A stretch of 64,000 bases of DNA from Actinomycetes bacterium (GTDB lineage: Bacteria; Actinomycetota; Acidimicrobiia; Acidimicrobiales; SZUA-35), in assembly GCA_024276425.1 (NCBI GenBank), contig JAJRXF010000054.1, positions 1,401 through 65,400 of the forward strand, in the 5' to 3' direction. Shown piece after piece: positions 9,778 through 17,664 of this stretch. A program made the position numbers and the translations under genes. The first letter of the stretch is position 1, and each line of letters opens with the position of its first letter. The notes beneath the pieces are model-generated. The model was not told where the DNA came from, did not search any database, and worked only from the letters and a program-made list of their open reading frames with translations.

Positions 9778-10091
9778 CTACTCGTCGACAATGGCGTAGG
9801 CCTCAATCTCCACGGTTCGTTGCGGATCATCCAGGGCAGACACCTGGACAATGGTTGCCGCCGGCTTCACATCAGCGAATGCTTCGAGGTGGGCCCGAGC
9901 GACCAGGTTCATGTCTGCCATGTCGGTTACATACGTGACGGTAGGCACGACGGAGGCAAGGCTGGCGCCCGCCTCATCCAATGCCTCACGATGATTCGCA
10001 GGGCGTCCTTCGCTTGCTGGTAGCTATCACACCCTTCGACATGAGGCGGCTGGGCCGAATGGGCGGTGCGGGACTCGCCACCTGGCATGGC
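9778..10091 (-). pseudogene. RidA/YjgF (endoribonuclease L-PSP) family remnant, 5'-truncated and frameshifted
   Basis: ORF 9778..9981 encodes only the RidA C-terminal half (..LDEAGASLASVVPTVTYVTDMADMN..PAATIVQVSAL..VEIEAYAIV). The preceding helix (DSYQQAKDALRII) is in another frame, starting at ATG 10091. The usual N-terminal ~40 aa have no room before the methyltransferase stop at 10101. Confidence 0.5.
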
Positions 10092-10100
10092 GCCCCGAAG

Positions 10101-10805
10101 TCATTGGGTCAGATAGAGCCAGCCGAAGCCAGCGATCCCCCGGTAGTCCTGATACAAGGCCGCTCGCTCATCGGCGAACGTTTCCGCCTCCGCGGTTCCG
10201 ACCCGCCGGACTCCGGTGATCCAGCCTCCTTCAAAGTCGTCCCACTCTTCCAGGGACGAAACGGAGGCATCCTCAACAACCCAACCAGCTTCAGACGCCA
10301 AGGCGGCAAGTCCCTCCGAACCGACTGGCAACTCCCCAAATAACTCACCCAATACCGAGGTAGCTGAGTCGGTCCACACCATGTCTCCGATCACCGCACC
10401 CTTGAGGCCAAGAGACTTCATGGCAGCAAACATCTGCTGTGTTCCCTCGAACCCATGGGACGAGCCGATTGATAGGGCCACATCAGCCGGAAGCGAGTGC
10501 TCTCCAACATCGCCGACTTCGAAGCGGACTCGTCCTTCCAGTCCCTGCTCAGTAACCCGAGCTCGTCCATGTTCGATGGCGAGACGGTCAGAATCGACTC
10601 CAACCACGTCAAGTTCGCGGTGCTGCTCGCCAGCCAACAGTGCCAACTTGCCGTACCCACAACCGAGGTCAAGTAGGGAGGAACCGAGGCCCGAAGCGAA
10701 CTCACCGATGTGACGTGCCCGCCCCTCACTCATTGGCGAGTTGAACTGGACCCATGAGGCACCAGCCACCATCAGTTCTGCTCTCGCTCCGGCATCCAGT
10801 CCCAT
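10101..10805 (-). CDS. Class I SAM-dependent methyltransferase
   Basis: 234-aa ORF with SAM motif I LLDLGCGYGKLAL and the acidic post-I motif VVGVDSD. Start uncertain; internal Met codons are alternatives. Confidence 0.75.
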   Translation of the reverse strand: MGLDAGARAELMVAGASWVQFNSPMSEGRARHIGEFASGLGSSLLDLGCGYGKLALLAGEQHRELDVVGVDSDRLAIEHGRARVTEQGLEGRVRFEVGDVGEHSLPADVALSIGSSHGFEGTQQMFAAMKSLGLKGAVIGDMVWTDSATSVLGELFGELPVGSEGLAALASEAGWVVEDASVSSLEEWDDFEGGWITGVRRVGTAEAETFADERAALYQDYRGIAGFGWLYLTQ

Positions 10806-10807
10806 AG

Positions 10808-11134
10808 TTGGAGAGTAGGCGACAATGCCGCCGTGGTCTCGATCTATTCAATGGCACATCATGGCCGTTACCGGATCTGGCCAAACCTTGCCGGATCAAT
10901 GTCATAGCGGCTGACAACCTTGGTCAGACGATCCAGGCGATCGACCGGTGTTCCCTGACACGCGCCAACCAACGTTAGGTCGTGACTGATGCGGTGCACC
11001 GACTGGGTCGCGATGAATGGTGGTCCTCGGTACGAGGAGCATTGGACGAGCTGACGCCATCCGACACAGCCTCCTACGTCACCGACAGCGGCGGACTTGA
11101 GGCAGCGTCAACGGACGGTTTGGATGCGAGCTGA
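10808..11134 (+). pseudogene. Candidate ribbon-helix-helix antitoxin frame interrupted by an in-frame TAG (10976-10978). The distal 50 codons (GTG 10982..TGA 11134) may still be expressed
   Basis: Single frame reads ..CRINVIAADNLGQTIQAIDRCSLTRANQR*VVTDAVHRLGRDEWW..acidic tail..DGLDAS. It has strand/helix/helix periodicity like RHH antitoxins. Its TGA overlaps the mazF ATG (ATGCGAGCTGA). Pieces are under 60 aa, so not in the ORF track. Confidence 0.35.
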
Positions 11135-11480
11135 GACTCGGTTCATCCGGGGTGACCTCTGGCTGGTCGACTTTGGCGTCGACCCTGAGGATCCCGAGCA
11201 AGCCTTTCGCCGTCCAGCCCTCCTCGTCTCCGACGATCGACTACACCATCCCAATCTGCGAATTGCCATAGTTGTGCCTGGCACATCGACGATTCGTTCG
11301 CTCCCTCTCCATGTCGAGGTTCCGCCCGAAGAAGGAAATGGGCTCCTCGTCACCACAGCCTTCCAGGTCGAGCAAGTACGAGCCGTATCGGCCTCTCGAT
11401 TCGTCAACCACCTTGGTCGCCTCGATCTGGTGAGCCAGCGTGCGATTGACCAAATCTTGAGAAATGCGTTGAGCCTGTAG
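11124..11480 (+). CDS. mazF: Type II toxin, PemK/MazF family endoribonuclease
   Basis: ORF 11097..11480 with ATG at 11124. MRAETRFIRGDLWLVDFG..RPALLVSDD..IVVPGTSTIR..TAFQVEQVRAVS matches the PemK/MazF SH3-like barrel pattern. Confidence 0.8.
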   Translation: MRAETRFIRGDLWLVDFGVDPEDPEQAFRRPALLVSDDRLHHPNLRIAIVVPGTSTIRSLPLHVEVPPEEGNGLLVTTAFQVEQVRAVSASRFVNHLGRLDLVSQRAIDQILRNALSL

Positions 11481-11499
11481 AGAACGAGCAGTCGCTCCA

Positions 11500-11542
11500 G
11501 ACGTGCTAGCGCAGTTCACCCTTGTGGAACTTGGCGACGGCG
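11500..11542. repeat. 43-bp direct repeat, distal copy (duplicate of the last 11 codons plus stop of pheT)
   Basis: GACGTGCTAGCGCAGTTCACCCTTGTGGAACTTGGCGACGGCG is identical to 12670-12712 except one synonymous A/G difference. On the minus strand it reads AVAKFHKGELR*. Confidence 0.9.
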
Positions 11543-11576
11543 CTTGCACTCCCCCAGCGTCGCGCTGCGCGGCATG

Positions 11577-11626
11577 TTCGTTGTCGCGTTTGCGACCCAG
11601 CACCGGGTCGCTAACGCGACAATGAA
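11577..11626. terminator. Compound palindrome / bidirectional terminator-like hairpin, copy 1
   Basis: TTCGTT-GTCGCG-ttt-GCGACCC-agcacc-GGGTCGC-taa-CGCGAC-AATGAA, a 13-bp interrupted GC-rich stem. Lies between convergent mazF and the 11702..12205 gene. Confidence 0.55.
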
Positions 11627-11701
11627 GCCCAGTCCCGGCCCAAAACCAGGCCGTTCCCAGAACTGGCCAATTCGGACCGGCAGTGGAAGCAAGGTTCTTG
11701 G

Positions 11702-12205
11702 CTAGTCAACGAGAACGGTGACGATGCCGATGGTCTCGGCGTAGAACCATTGGGCCGATGCGCCGATGAGCACCAGGAGGGTCAGGACTCCAAGTCCAAG
11801 AAGTCGGTTCCGGGTCGGCCAGCTCAGCAGCGCCAACGTCCATCCGGCCAGAACCAGGACGCTCGCGGCCATGTCGGCCACCAGAATGAGGGGCCAGTAC
11901 AGGCTGTTCGCACGATTGGCAATTCCTTCACGAGCGAAGAGATCCCTAGCACCCTCCACACAAGCCACATAAACCTGGCTTCGGTAAACATCGTCTGGGT
12001 CAGAGCTCGGCAGGTCCCAAGCCTGCGGGCTGAGCAGGACATCGAGATCGGTAATTCGCTCCGCCTGGCACGGAAATGATGCACTCACCACCGCATCCAC
12101 CCGGCGAGCGGAAACAGCGAAGTAGCTCATCATCAGGGCAGCGATCCCAACGGCAACCAGCCCGGCTCCAAAGCGCGAGTCAGCTCGAAATCCGGCATCG
12201 GTCAC
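11702..12205 (-). CDS. Hypothetical membrane protein (1 N-terminal and 2 C-terminal TM segments, Cys-containing middle domain)
   Basis: 167-aa ORF with GTG start and hydrophobic segments. No family recognised. Confidence 0.55.
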   Translation of the reverse strand: MTDAGFRADSRFGAGLVAVGIAALMMSYFAVSARRVDAVVSASFPCQAERITDLDVLLSPQAWDLPSSDPDDVYRSQVYVACVEGARDLFAREGIANRANSLYWPLILVADMAASVLVLAGWTLALLSWPTRNRLLGLGVLTLLVLIGASAQWFYAETIGIVTVLVD

Positions 12206-12328
12206 GCCGAGACCCTAGCTAGGCTCGGCGAATGACCACACCTCAGGGACATGCCCGGCCTGGTCCCACCCTAGTCGGAACTTCGCCGGCCCGGGGAACC
12301 AGGGCCCGACCAGCGACGTCTTAGTGCC

Positions 12329-12565
12329 ATGCGGAGTCAATGGTCTCTTATCGCCAGCTTGTTCATCGTGGGGTGTTCCGGTCCCGGGTCCCCGGCTTCG
12401 GGATCGGTCCGACCGCAGACGACTTTGACATCCACACCTTCGACAACCGCACCGCCCACGACCAATGAGTCGCCATCCGCCGAAGAGCCGGTGTTTGGAT
12501 CAGACCGAGCATTCGGGGCCAACGATGATCAGTGCCCGAGCACGTCTGTCATCATTGAAAGCTAG
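12329..12565 (+). CDS. Small putative lipoprotein, Thr/Pro/Ser-rich
   Basis: 78-aa ORF. Signal peptide with lipobox-like LFIVGC-S (MRSQWSLIASLFIVGCSGPG), then low-complexity sequence. Confidence 0.5.
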   Translation: MRSQWSLIASLFIVGCSGPGSPASGSVRPQTTLTSTPSTTAPPTTNESPSAEEPVFGSDRAFGANDDQCPSTSVIIES

Positions 12566-12576
12566 CCAACTCCGCT

Positions 12577-12626
12577 TTCGTTGTCGCGCTTGCGACCCGT
12601 TGCTGGGTCGCATCCGCGACATTGAA
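12577..12626. terminator. Compound palindrome / bidirectional terminator-like hairpin, copy 2
   Basis: TTCGTT-GTCGCG-ctt-GCGACCC-gttgct-GGGTCGC-atc-CGCGAC-ATTGAA, with the same stems as copy 1. Lies between the convergent lipoprotein gene and pheT. Confidence 0.55.
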
Positions 12627-12669
12627 CCCCGGGCGAAATTAGGGCCGGGAAGCGGCGGGCCGGGGGGCC

Positions 12670-12712
12670 GACGTGCTAGCGCAGTTCGCCCTTGTGGAAC
12701 TTGGCGACGGCG
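12670..12712. repeat. 43-bp direct repeat, proximal copy (the genuine pheT 3' end)
   Basis: GACGTGCTAGCGCAGTTCGCCCTTGTGGAACTTGGCGACGGCG. Overlaps the pheT stop codon (12676-12678). Confidence 0.9.
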
Positions 12713-15063
12713 TCGATCATGGCTTGGCGAGCCTTGGAGACCTCTTCGTCTTCCAGGGTGTGATCGGCTGCTTGCAACCGGATGGCGTAAGCCAGTGACC
12801 GCTTGCCCTCCCCTACCTGCTCACCCCGGAACACATCAAACAGCTTGACCGAACGCACCAGCTTGCCACCGGCCTTGACTAGATTGCGGGACACGTCCTT
12901 GGCTGAAACCTTGTCGTCGACAACGAAGGCCAGATCCAGATCGCTGGAGGGGAATCGTGACACCTTCTTGTACTTCGGCGCATTACCCAAGGCGGACAGG
13001 ATCGGTGCAGTGTTCAGCTGCAACCAGGCGACTCGACCCTCGATCTCATAGGCCTCCAGCACCCGTGGATCAATCTCGCCGACCTCACCCAGGACACGGC
13101 CACGGAAGACCACTTCGGCACTCCGAGTTGGATGCAGGCCCGCCCGCTCGACGTTGCGTAGCGAAACATCACGCAGGGTGAGCGTTGCCGTGAGCTGATC
13201 CAACAACTGGGTGGCACATACCGCGTCGGCACCGGCCCGAATAGCGGCAACCCATTCCTGCTCATCGGGCAGTTCTTGATCTGATCCAAGGTAGATCCGA
13301 CCAAGCTCATACAACTGGACCCCCGCATTGCGATGCGACTGGTTGTAGGCAACCGCCTTCAACAATCCCGGCAACAACGACGTTCGAAGCACCGACTCTT
13401 CGGCCACCAACGGGTTGGCCAAGGTAATGCCCTCATCAGCCAATCCGGCACGCAGCAAGTCATCGGGAGCCAGGAACGGCATGGGCATGGCCTCGGAGTA
13501 ACCGGCCCCAAGAAATGCCCGACGAATGCGACGGCGGCCAAGCTGGTTGAGAGTCAGTTCACCATTCTGAGCTGGGCGTGGCACCCGCTTGCCCGACTTT
13601 TCATAACCATGGTGACGCCCAACTTCTTCGACAATGTCCTCCTCAATGGAAGAGTCGGGACGCCAGGACGGGACATTCACCGAAAGCACACCGTCTTCCA
13701 ACGGCGAAGACGTGTAACCAATCGGGTCCAAGTAGCCAACTACTTGCTCGATGGTCAGATCGGTACCAAGCAGGTGGTTGATCTTGCTCAGCCTGGTCCG
13801 CACCGGTGGGGTGGGTACAAGATTGCCGTCGACAACAACAGTGCCGGAGGCGACCGTGGCCCCGCAGATCTCGATTGCCAGTTGACAGAACCGATCAAGA
13901 CCCCGCTGCACTCCCTCAGGATCGACCCCACGCTCATAGCGAGTGGAGGCCTCCGAACGCAGATTAAGTCGGCGCACCGTTTTGGCGATGATCATCCGAT
14001 CCCAAATGGCTGCTTCCAGCAGAACACTGGTGGTGTCTTCGCCGATCTCGGTGGATGCTCCCCCCATCACACCGGCCAGACCTATGGGCTCATCCGCAGC
14101 ATTGGCAATCACACCGTCGGATTCAGTAATGATGCGCTCGACATCATCCAGGGTGGTGATGGTCTCGCCCTCTCGACCCATGCGGACGCTCAGCACACCA
14201 TCGGCCACCTTGTTCAAGTCATAGGTGTGATTGGGCTGGCCAAGCTCCAGCATCACGTAATTGGAGATGTCAACAATGGAGTTGATGGGCCGCATTCCGG
14301 CTGCCGTGAGCCGTTGAGCCATCCACTCTGGTGACTCACCAATGGTGACATTGTCCAGCACTCGAAAGCCGAACCGCTGGCACAACTCCGGGGCCTCAAT
14401 GGTGACCGAGGCCCGCTCCGAAGCAACGCTGTCGCCCGTTGGGACCGGGCGTTCAGGCACGGAAAAGGGAACACCTTGCTTGGCCGCCAGGTCACGAACC
14501 ACACCAATCATGGATAGGGCGTCGGGGCGATTGCCCTCAATGTCCAGGTCAAACATGATGTCAGTGCTGACCCCAAGGGCTTCAACCAGTGGCGTGCCAA
14601 CGACCAGGTCCGAAGGCAGAACGAGGATCCCATCGGCATCGACCTCTCCGGCGATCTCCAATTCGGGGCCAGAACAGATCATCCCGTTGGACCACTGGCC
14701 GCGAAGCTTGCGGCGAGCAATCTCCATGCCCCCGGGCATGGTCGTTCCCAGCGTGGCCAAGGGCACCAGGTCGCCGACGGCCATATTGAAGGCACCACAA
14801 CAGATTTGCAACGAATCGTCGCTGACCTCGCCTGCCGCATGCAATTCAGCGCTGCCGGTGTCGACAGAAACCAACTGGATGCGATCGGCTTCGGGGTGTG
14901 GATCTAGCGCCACAACCTTGGCCACAATGATGCCGTCCCAAGACGGCCCAACCATCTGGATTGACTCAACTACCATGCCCAACTCGGTCATGGTTCTGGC
15001 GATTTCCTCGGGCTCACCGGTGATCGGAGCGAATTCTTGCATCCAGGAGAGAAGAACATTCAT
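12676..15063 (-). CDS. pheT: Phenylalanine--tRNA ligase beta subunit
   Basis: 795-aa ORF with an N-terminal tRNA-binding domain, B3/4 and B5 regions and a C-terminal FDX-ACB-like end. Follows pheS. Confidence 0.97.
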   Translation of the reverse strand: MNVLLSWMQEFAPITGEPEEIARTMTELGMVVESIQMVGPSWDGIIVAKVVALDPHPEADRIQLVSVDTGSAELHAAGEVSDDSLQICCGAFNMAVGDLVPLATLGTTMPGGMEIARRKLRGQWSNGMICSGPELEIAGEVDADGILVLPSDLVVGTPLVEALGVSTDIMFDLDIEGNRPDALSMIGVVRDLAAKQGVPFSVPERPVPTGDSVASERASVTIEAPELCQRFGFRVLDNVTIGESPEWMAQRLTAAGMRPINSIVDISNYVMLELGQPNHTYDLNKVADGVLSVRMGREGETITTLDDVERIITESDGVIANAADEPIGLAGVMGGASTEIGEDTTSVLLEAAIWDRMIIAKTVRRLNLRSEASTRYERGVDPEGVQRGLDRFCQLAIEICGATVASGTVVVDGNLVPTPPVRTRLSKINHLLGTDLTIEQVVGYLDPIGYTSSPLEDGVLSVNVPSWRPDSSIEEDIVEEVGRHHGYEKSGKRVPRPAQNGELTLNQLGRRRIRRAFLGAGYSEAMPMPFLAPDDLLRAGLADEGITLANPLVAEESVLRTSLLPGLLKAVAYNQSHRNAGVQLYELGRIYLGSDQELPDEQEWVAAIRAGADAVCATQLLDQLTATLTLRDVSLRNVERAGLHPTRSAEVVFRGRVLGEVGEIDPRVLEAYEIEGRVAWLQLNTAPILSALGNAPKYKKVSRFPSSDLDLAFVVDDKVSAKDVSRNLVKAGGKLVRSVKLFDVFRGEQVGEGKRSLAYAIRLQAADHTLEDEEVSKARQAMIDAVAKFHKGELR

Positions 15064-15078
15064 CAGTAACTCCTTCGA

Positions 15079-16080
15079 TCAGAACTGGGAGAGGAAGCGG
15101 ACGTCGTTGGTGAAAAGCTCTCGCAGGTCATCAACGCCAAACTTCATGAGGGCCAGGCGGTCGATGCCAAAGCCGAAGGCAAACCCCGAGTACTCCTCGG
15201 GATCAATGCCGCCCGCCCGAAGAACGTTGGGATGGACGACGCCACAGCCCCCAAGTTCCAACCAGGAACCGTCTGGTCTTTGGATGTCGAACTCGGCCGA
15301 GGGTTCGGTGAAGGGAAAGTGGTTGGGACGTAGCCGAGAGGAGAAACCAGGGCCAAAGTAGGCTTCGGTGAAGGCCTCGATGGTTCCGGCCAGGTCGGCC
15401 AGGGAGATGTTGCGATCAACGACCAGCCCTTCCAGTTGGTGAAACACCGGCATATGGGTGGCATCGGCGGTATCACGTCTAAACACACGTCCGGGAGCCA
15501 CAATATAGATCGGTGGTTCCTGGGCTAGCATCGTGCGAATCTGGACCGGCGAAGTGTGGGTCCGTAACACGGTGTGACCCGGTTCTCCATGGTTCACATA
15601 CAAGGTGTCGAAACCATCTCGGGCTGGGTGCCCGGGCGGGATGTTGAGGGCATCGAAGTTGTACCAGTCGGTTTCAATCTCGGGGCCCTCGGCGATACGG
15701 AAGCCCATGCCAACAAAGACATCTTCCAGTTCTTCCCAGGCCTGGGTGACGATATGGGCGTGACCAACAGCAGCATCGCCGTTCAAAACCTCGGTGAGGT
15801 CCAGCCGTTCGGCCTCGAACCGCACAAGCAAGGCGGCATCCTTGAGCACGCTGCGACGGGCGTCGAAAGCGGCCTCGACCTCCGCCCGGATCTCATTGAT
15901 GGCCCGACCGGCATCCTTGCGGTCTTCGGGAGGGAGCGAGCCAATTTCCTTCTTGGCCCGACTGAGGAAACCGGTCTTGCCGAACGCTTCACGCTCGAGC
16001 TCGGCCAGCCCGTCAAGGTTGGCAACGTCACCCAGTCCAGCAACGACTGTGGCGGCATCGGTTCGGAGTCGGTCGATCAT
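15079..16080 (-). CDS. pheS: Phenylalanine--tRNA ligase alpha subunit
   Basis: ORF 15079..16200, likely starting at ATG 16080 (MIDRLRTDAA). Class II core includes HPARD, FRRD..DATH, and GFAFGFGIDRLAL (motif 3). Confidence 0.95.
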   Translation of the reverse strand: MIDRLRTDAATVVAGLGDVANLDGLAELEREAFGKTGFLSRAKKEIGSLPPEDRKDAGRAINEIRAEVEAAFDARRSVLKDAALLVRFEAERLDLTEVLNGDAAVGHAHIVTQAWEELEDVFVGMGFRIAEGPEIETDWYNFDALNIPPGHPARDGFDTLYVNHGEPGHTVLRTHTSPVQIRTMLAQEPPIYIVAPGRVFRRDTADATHMPVFHQLEGLVVDRNISLADLAGTIEAFTEAYFGPGFSSRLRPNHFPFTEPSAEFDIQRPDGSWLELGGCGVVHPNVLRAGGIDPEEYSGFAFGFGIDRLALMKFGVDDLRELFTNDVRFLSQF

Positions 16081-16123
16081 CAGAGTGAGCCTGTTGAGTG
16101 AGAGATCATTTGTCCAGTGAGTT

Positions 16124-16945
16124 TCATGATTTTGGATCCGTTGATGTCCTGCGTTGTCGCCAACTGGTGAAGCACAAAACAGCCCCAGCAGCAGCAACAT
16201 TGAGTGATTCGGTTGGTCCGGCGAGTGGGATGGTGGTCAAGGTACCGGCGGCACTGACTAGCTCCGGCGCGAGCCCATGGGCCTCATTGCCGAGCACGAT
16301 GGCGGCGGTTCGAAGGTCAAGTCGGTCATAGGCTACAACCTGTCCCGCCTCAGGTTTGTCCACAACGGTGACCACCACCGGACGATTCTGGCTCCTAAGG
16401 TCATCAAAAAGGGCCAGCGGGTCACCGACGGTCAGGACTGGCAGCCGAAAGAAGGCGCCAGCGGCAGCTCGAACAACCTTGGGATTGGTGGGATCGACCG
16501 ACTCGCCACTGAGGACAACTCCCCCAAACCCTGCGGCTTCTGCGGTGCGGATAAGGGTTCCGACATTGCCAGGGTCTCGAACCTCAACCAAGACCAAAAT
16601 GGGTCGATCCTTAGCAATGTCCTTCAAGCTCCATGAGGGGCTTTCCACCACGGCAACGACGTTTTGAGGGCTCACGGTGTCGAGTACTGCGGCCAGCGCC
16701 TGATCCAAGACCGGGCGGGCAATCACCGTACCTAACGACGCCAATTCAGCTATTTGTGGATCGAGTTCGCCCTCAAAGTAGACCTCCTCAACCTCCAAGC
16801 CAGACTGTAGAACCTCGACCACCAACACCCTTCCCTCAACAACGAAGGCCCGCTCCGATGAGCGAGCCTTTCGTTGCCGGACAAGCCGTCGTAGCCGCTT
16901 CAACCGAAGATTCTTCGAGCCAATGGGCTCCCGGTCGATCACCAA
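16124..16945 (-). CDS. TrmH/SpoU family RNA 2'-O-methyltransferase
   Basis: 273-aa ORF with SpoU motifs DPGNVGTLIRTAEAAG, IVLGNEAHGL, ESLNVAAAGAV. Sits downstream of rplT, as is common in actinobacteria. Confidence 0.85.
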   Translation of the reverse strand: MVIDREPIGSKNLRLKRLRRLVRQRKARSSERAFVVEGRVLVVEVLQSGLEVEEVYFEGELDPQIAELASLGTVIARPVLDQALAAVLDTVSPQNVVAVVESPSWSLKDIAKDRPILVLVEVRDPGNVGTLIRTAEAAGFGGVVLSGESVDPTNPKVVRAAAGAFFRLPVLTVGDPLALFDDLRSQNRPVVVTVVDKPEAGQVVAYDRLDLRTAAIVLGNEAHGLAPELVSAAGTLTTIPLAGPTESLNVAAAGAVLCFTSWRQRRTSTDPKS

Positions 16946-16951
16946 GTGAAA

Positions 16952-17329
16952 CTAAGCGGCGTTCGTGGCGTCGGCCGCCACCGCAGCCTCGGCCGTCTTG
17001 ACCAACGCAGCAAAAGCCTCGGCGTCGGTAACGGCGAGGTCGGCGAGCACCTTGCGATCGACTTCGATCTCGGCCAGTTTCAAGCCATTGACGAAACGGC
17101 TATAGGTGGTGCCGTTGAGCCGACATGCAGCATTGATGCGCTGGATCCACAAGCGGCGGAACTCACCCTTGCGGGCCCGACGGTCACGGTAGGCATAGTT
17201 ACCAGAATGCATGACCTGTTCGTTGGCAGCACGGACGCTGCGGCTCTTGTTTCCGTAGTAGCCCTTCGCCCGCTCAAGTGTTGTGCGGCGGCGCTTCTTG
17301 GAGTGGACGGCGCGCTTGGCTCTTGCCAT
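16952..17329 (-). CDS. rplT: 50S ribosomal protein L20
   Basis: 125-aa ORF ([39 protein letters not shown]). Confidence 0.97.
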   Translation of the reverse strand: MARAKRAVHSKKRRRTTLERAKGYYGNKSRSVRAANEQVMHSGNYAYRDRRARKGEFRRLWIQRINAACRLNGTTYSRFVNGLKLAEIEVDRKVLADLAVTDAEAFAALVKTAEAAVAADATNAA

Positions 17330-17391
17330 CAGTCTCTCACTTTCCTTCGATTCTTCTTAGCTGGGGTCTGGTACGGGGTGCTTCCGGCTGA

Positions 17392-17586
17392 CTAGCTGGA
17401 AAGCAGTTTCTTGATTCGTGGTGCATCGACATTGGTCACTTCGTGTTCTCCCCGCAGGCGGCGCTTGCGGCGGGAAGACATTTTGGAGTTGAAGTGATTT
17501 AGGTTCCGTTGGCGACGGCGAAGCTTGCCCGTACCGGTGACCTTGAAGCGTTTTTTTGCGCCCTTGTGAGTTTTCATTTTTGGCAT
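17392..17586 (-). CDS. rpmI: 50S ribosomal protein L35
   Basis: 64-aa ORF (MPKMKTHKGAKKRFKVTGTGKL). Confidence 0.97.
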   Translation of the reverse strand: MPKMKTHKGAKKRFKVTGTGKLRRRQRNLNHFNSKMSSRRKRRLRGEHEVTNVDAPRIKKLLSS

Positions 17587-17664
17587 GGGAGTCTCCTTGC
17601 CTGCTGCAACGGTCGAGCTTGAGCGGCCCGACGGTGAGTAGATCAGTTGTAGGTAAACGCTGAG

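Larger units (their letters stand above)
11543..12669. mobile_element. Candidate integrated islet (two small genes, no recombinase) between the 43-bp direct repeats
   Basis: Bounded by direct repeats that include the pheT stop, with similar palindromes at both inner edges. Contents are two orphan envelope proteins. Confidence 0.35.

Noticed and set aside
10808-10980. Considered that the in-frame TAG in the antitoxin frame reflects recoding (for example pyrrolysine)
   Set aside because: TAG is used as an ordinary stop by many confident genes in this window (udk, pepF, hisG, pheT, serA, metK), and no pyl genes or context are visible.
11583-12583. The two palindrome copies are offset by exactly 1000 bp
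   Set aside because: No mechanism requires a round decimal spacing. The direct repeats are offset by 1170 bp, so I treat this as coincidence.
13333-15361. Two long plus-strand ORFs (333 and 339 aa) lying antisense inside pheT
   Set aside because: The translations are low-complexity and Arg/Pro/Ser/Gly-rich with no motifs. They exactly shadow a confidently identified gene. Open antisense frames are expected in GC-rich coding DNA.
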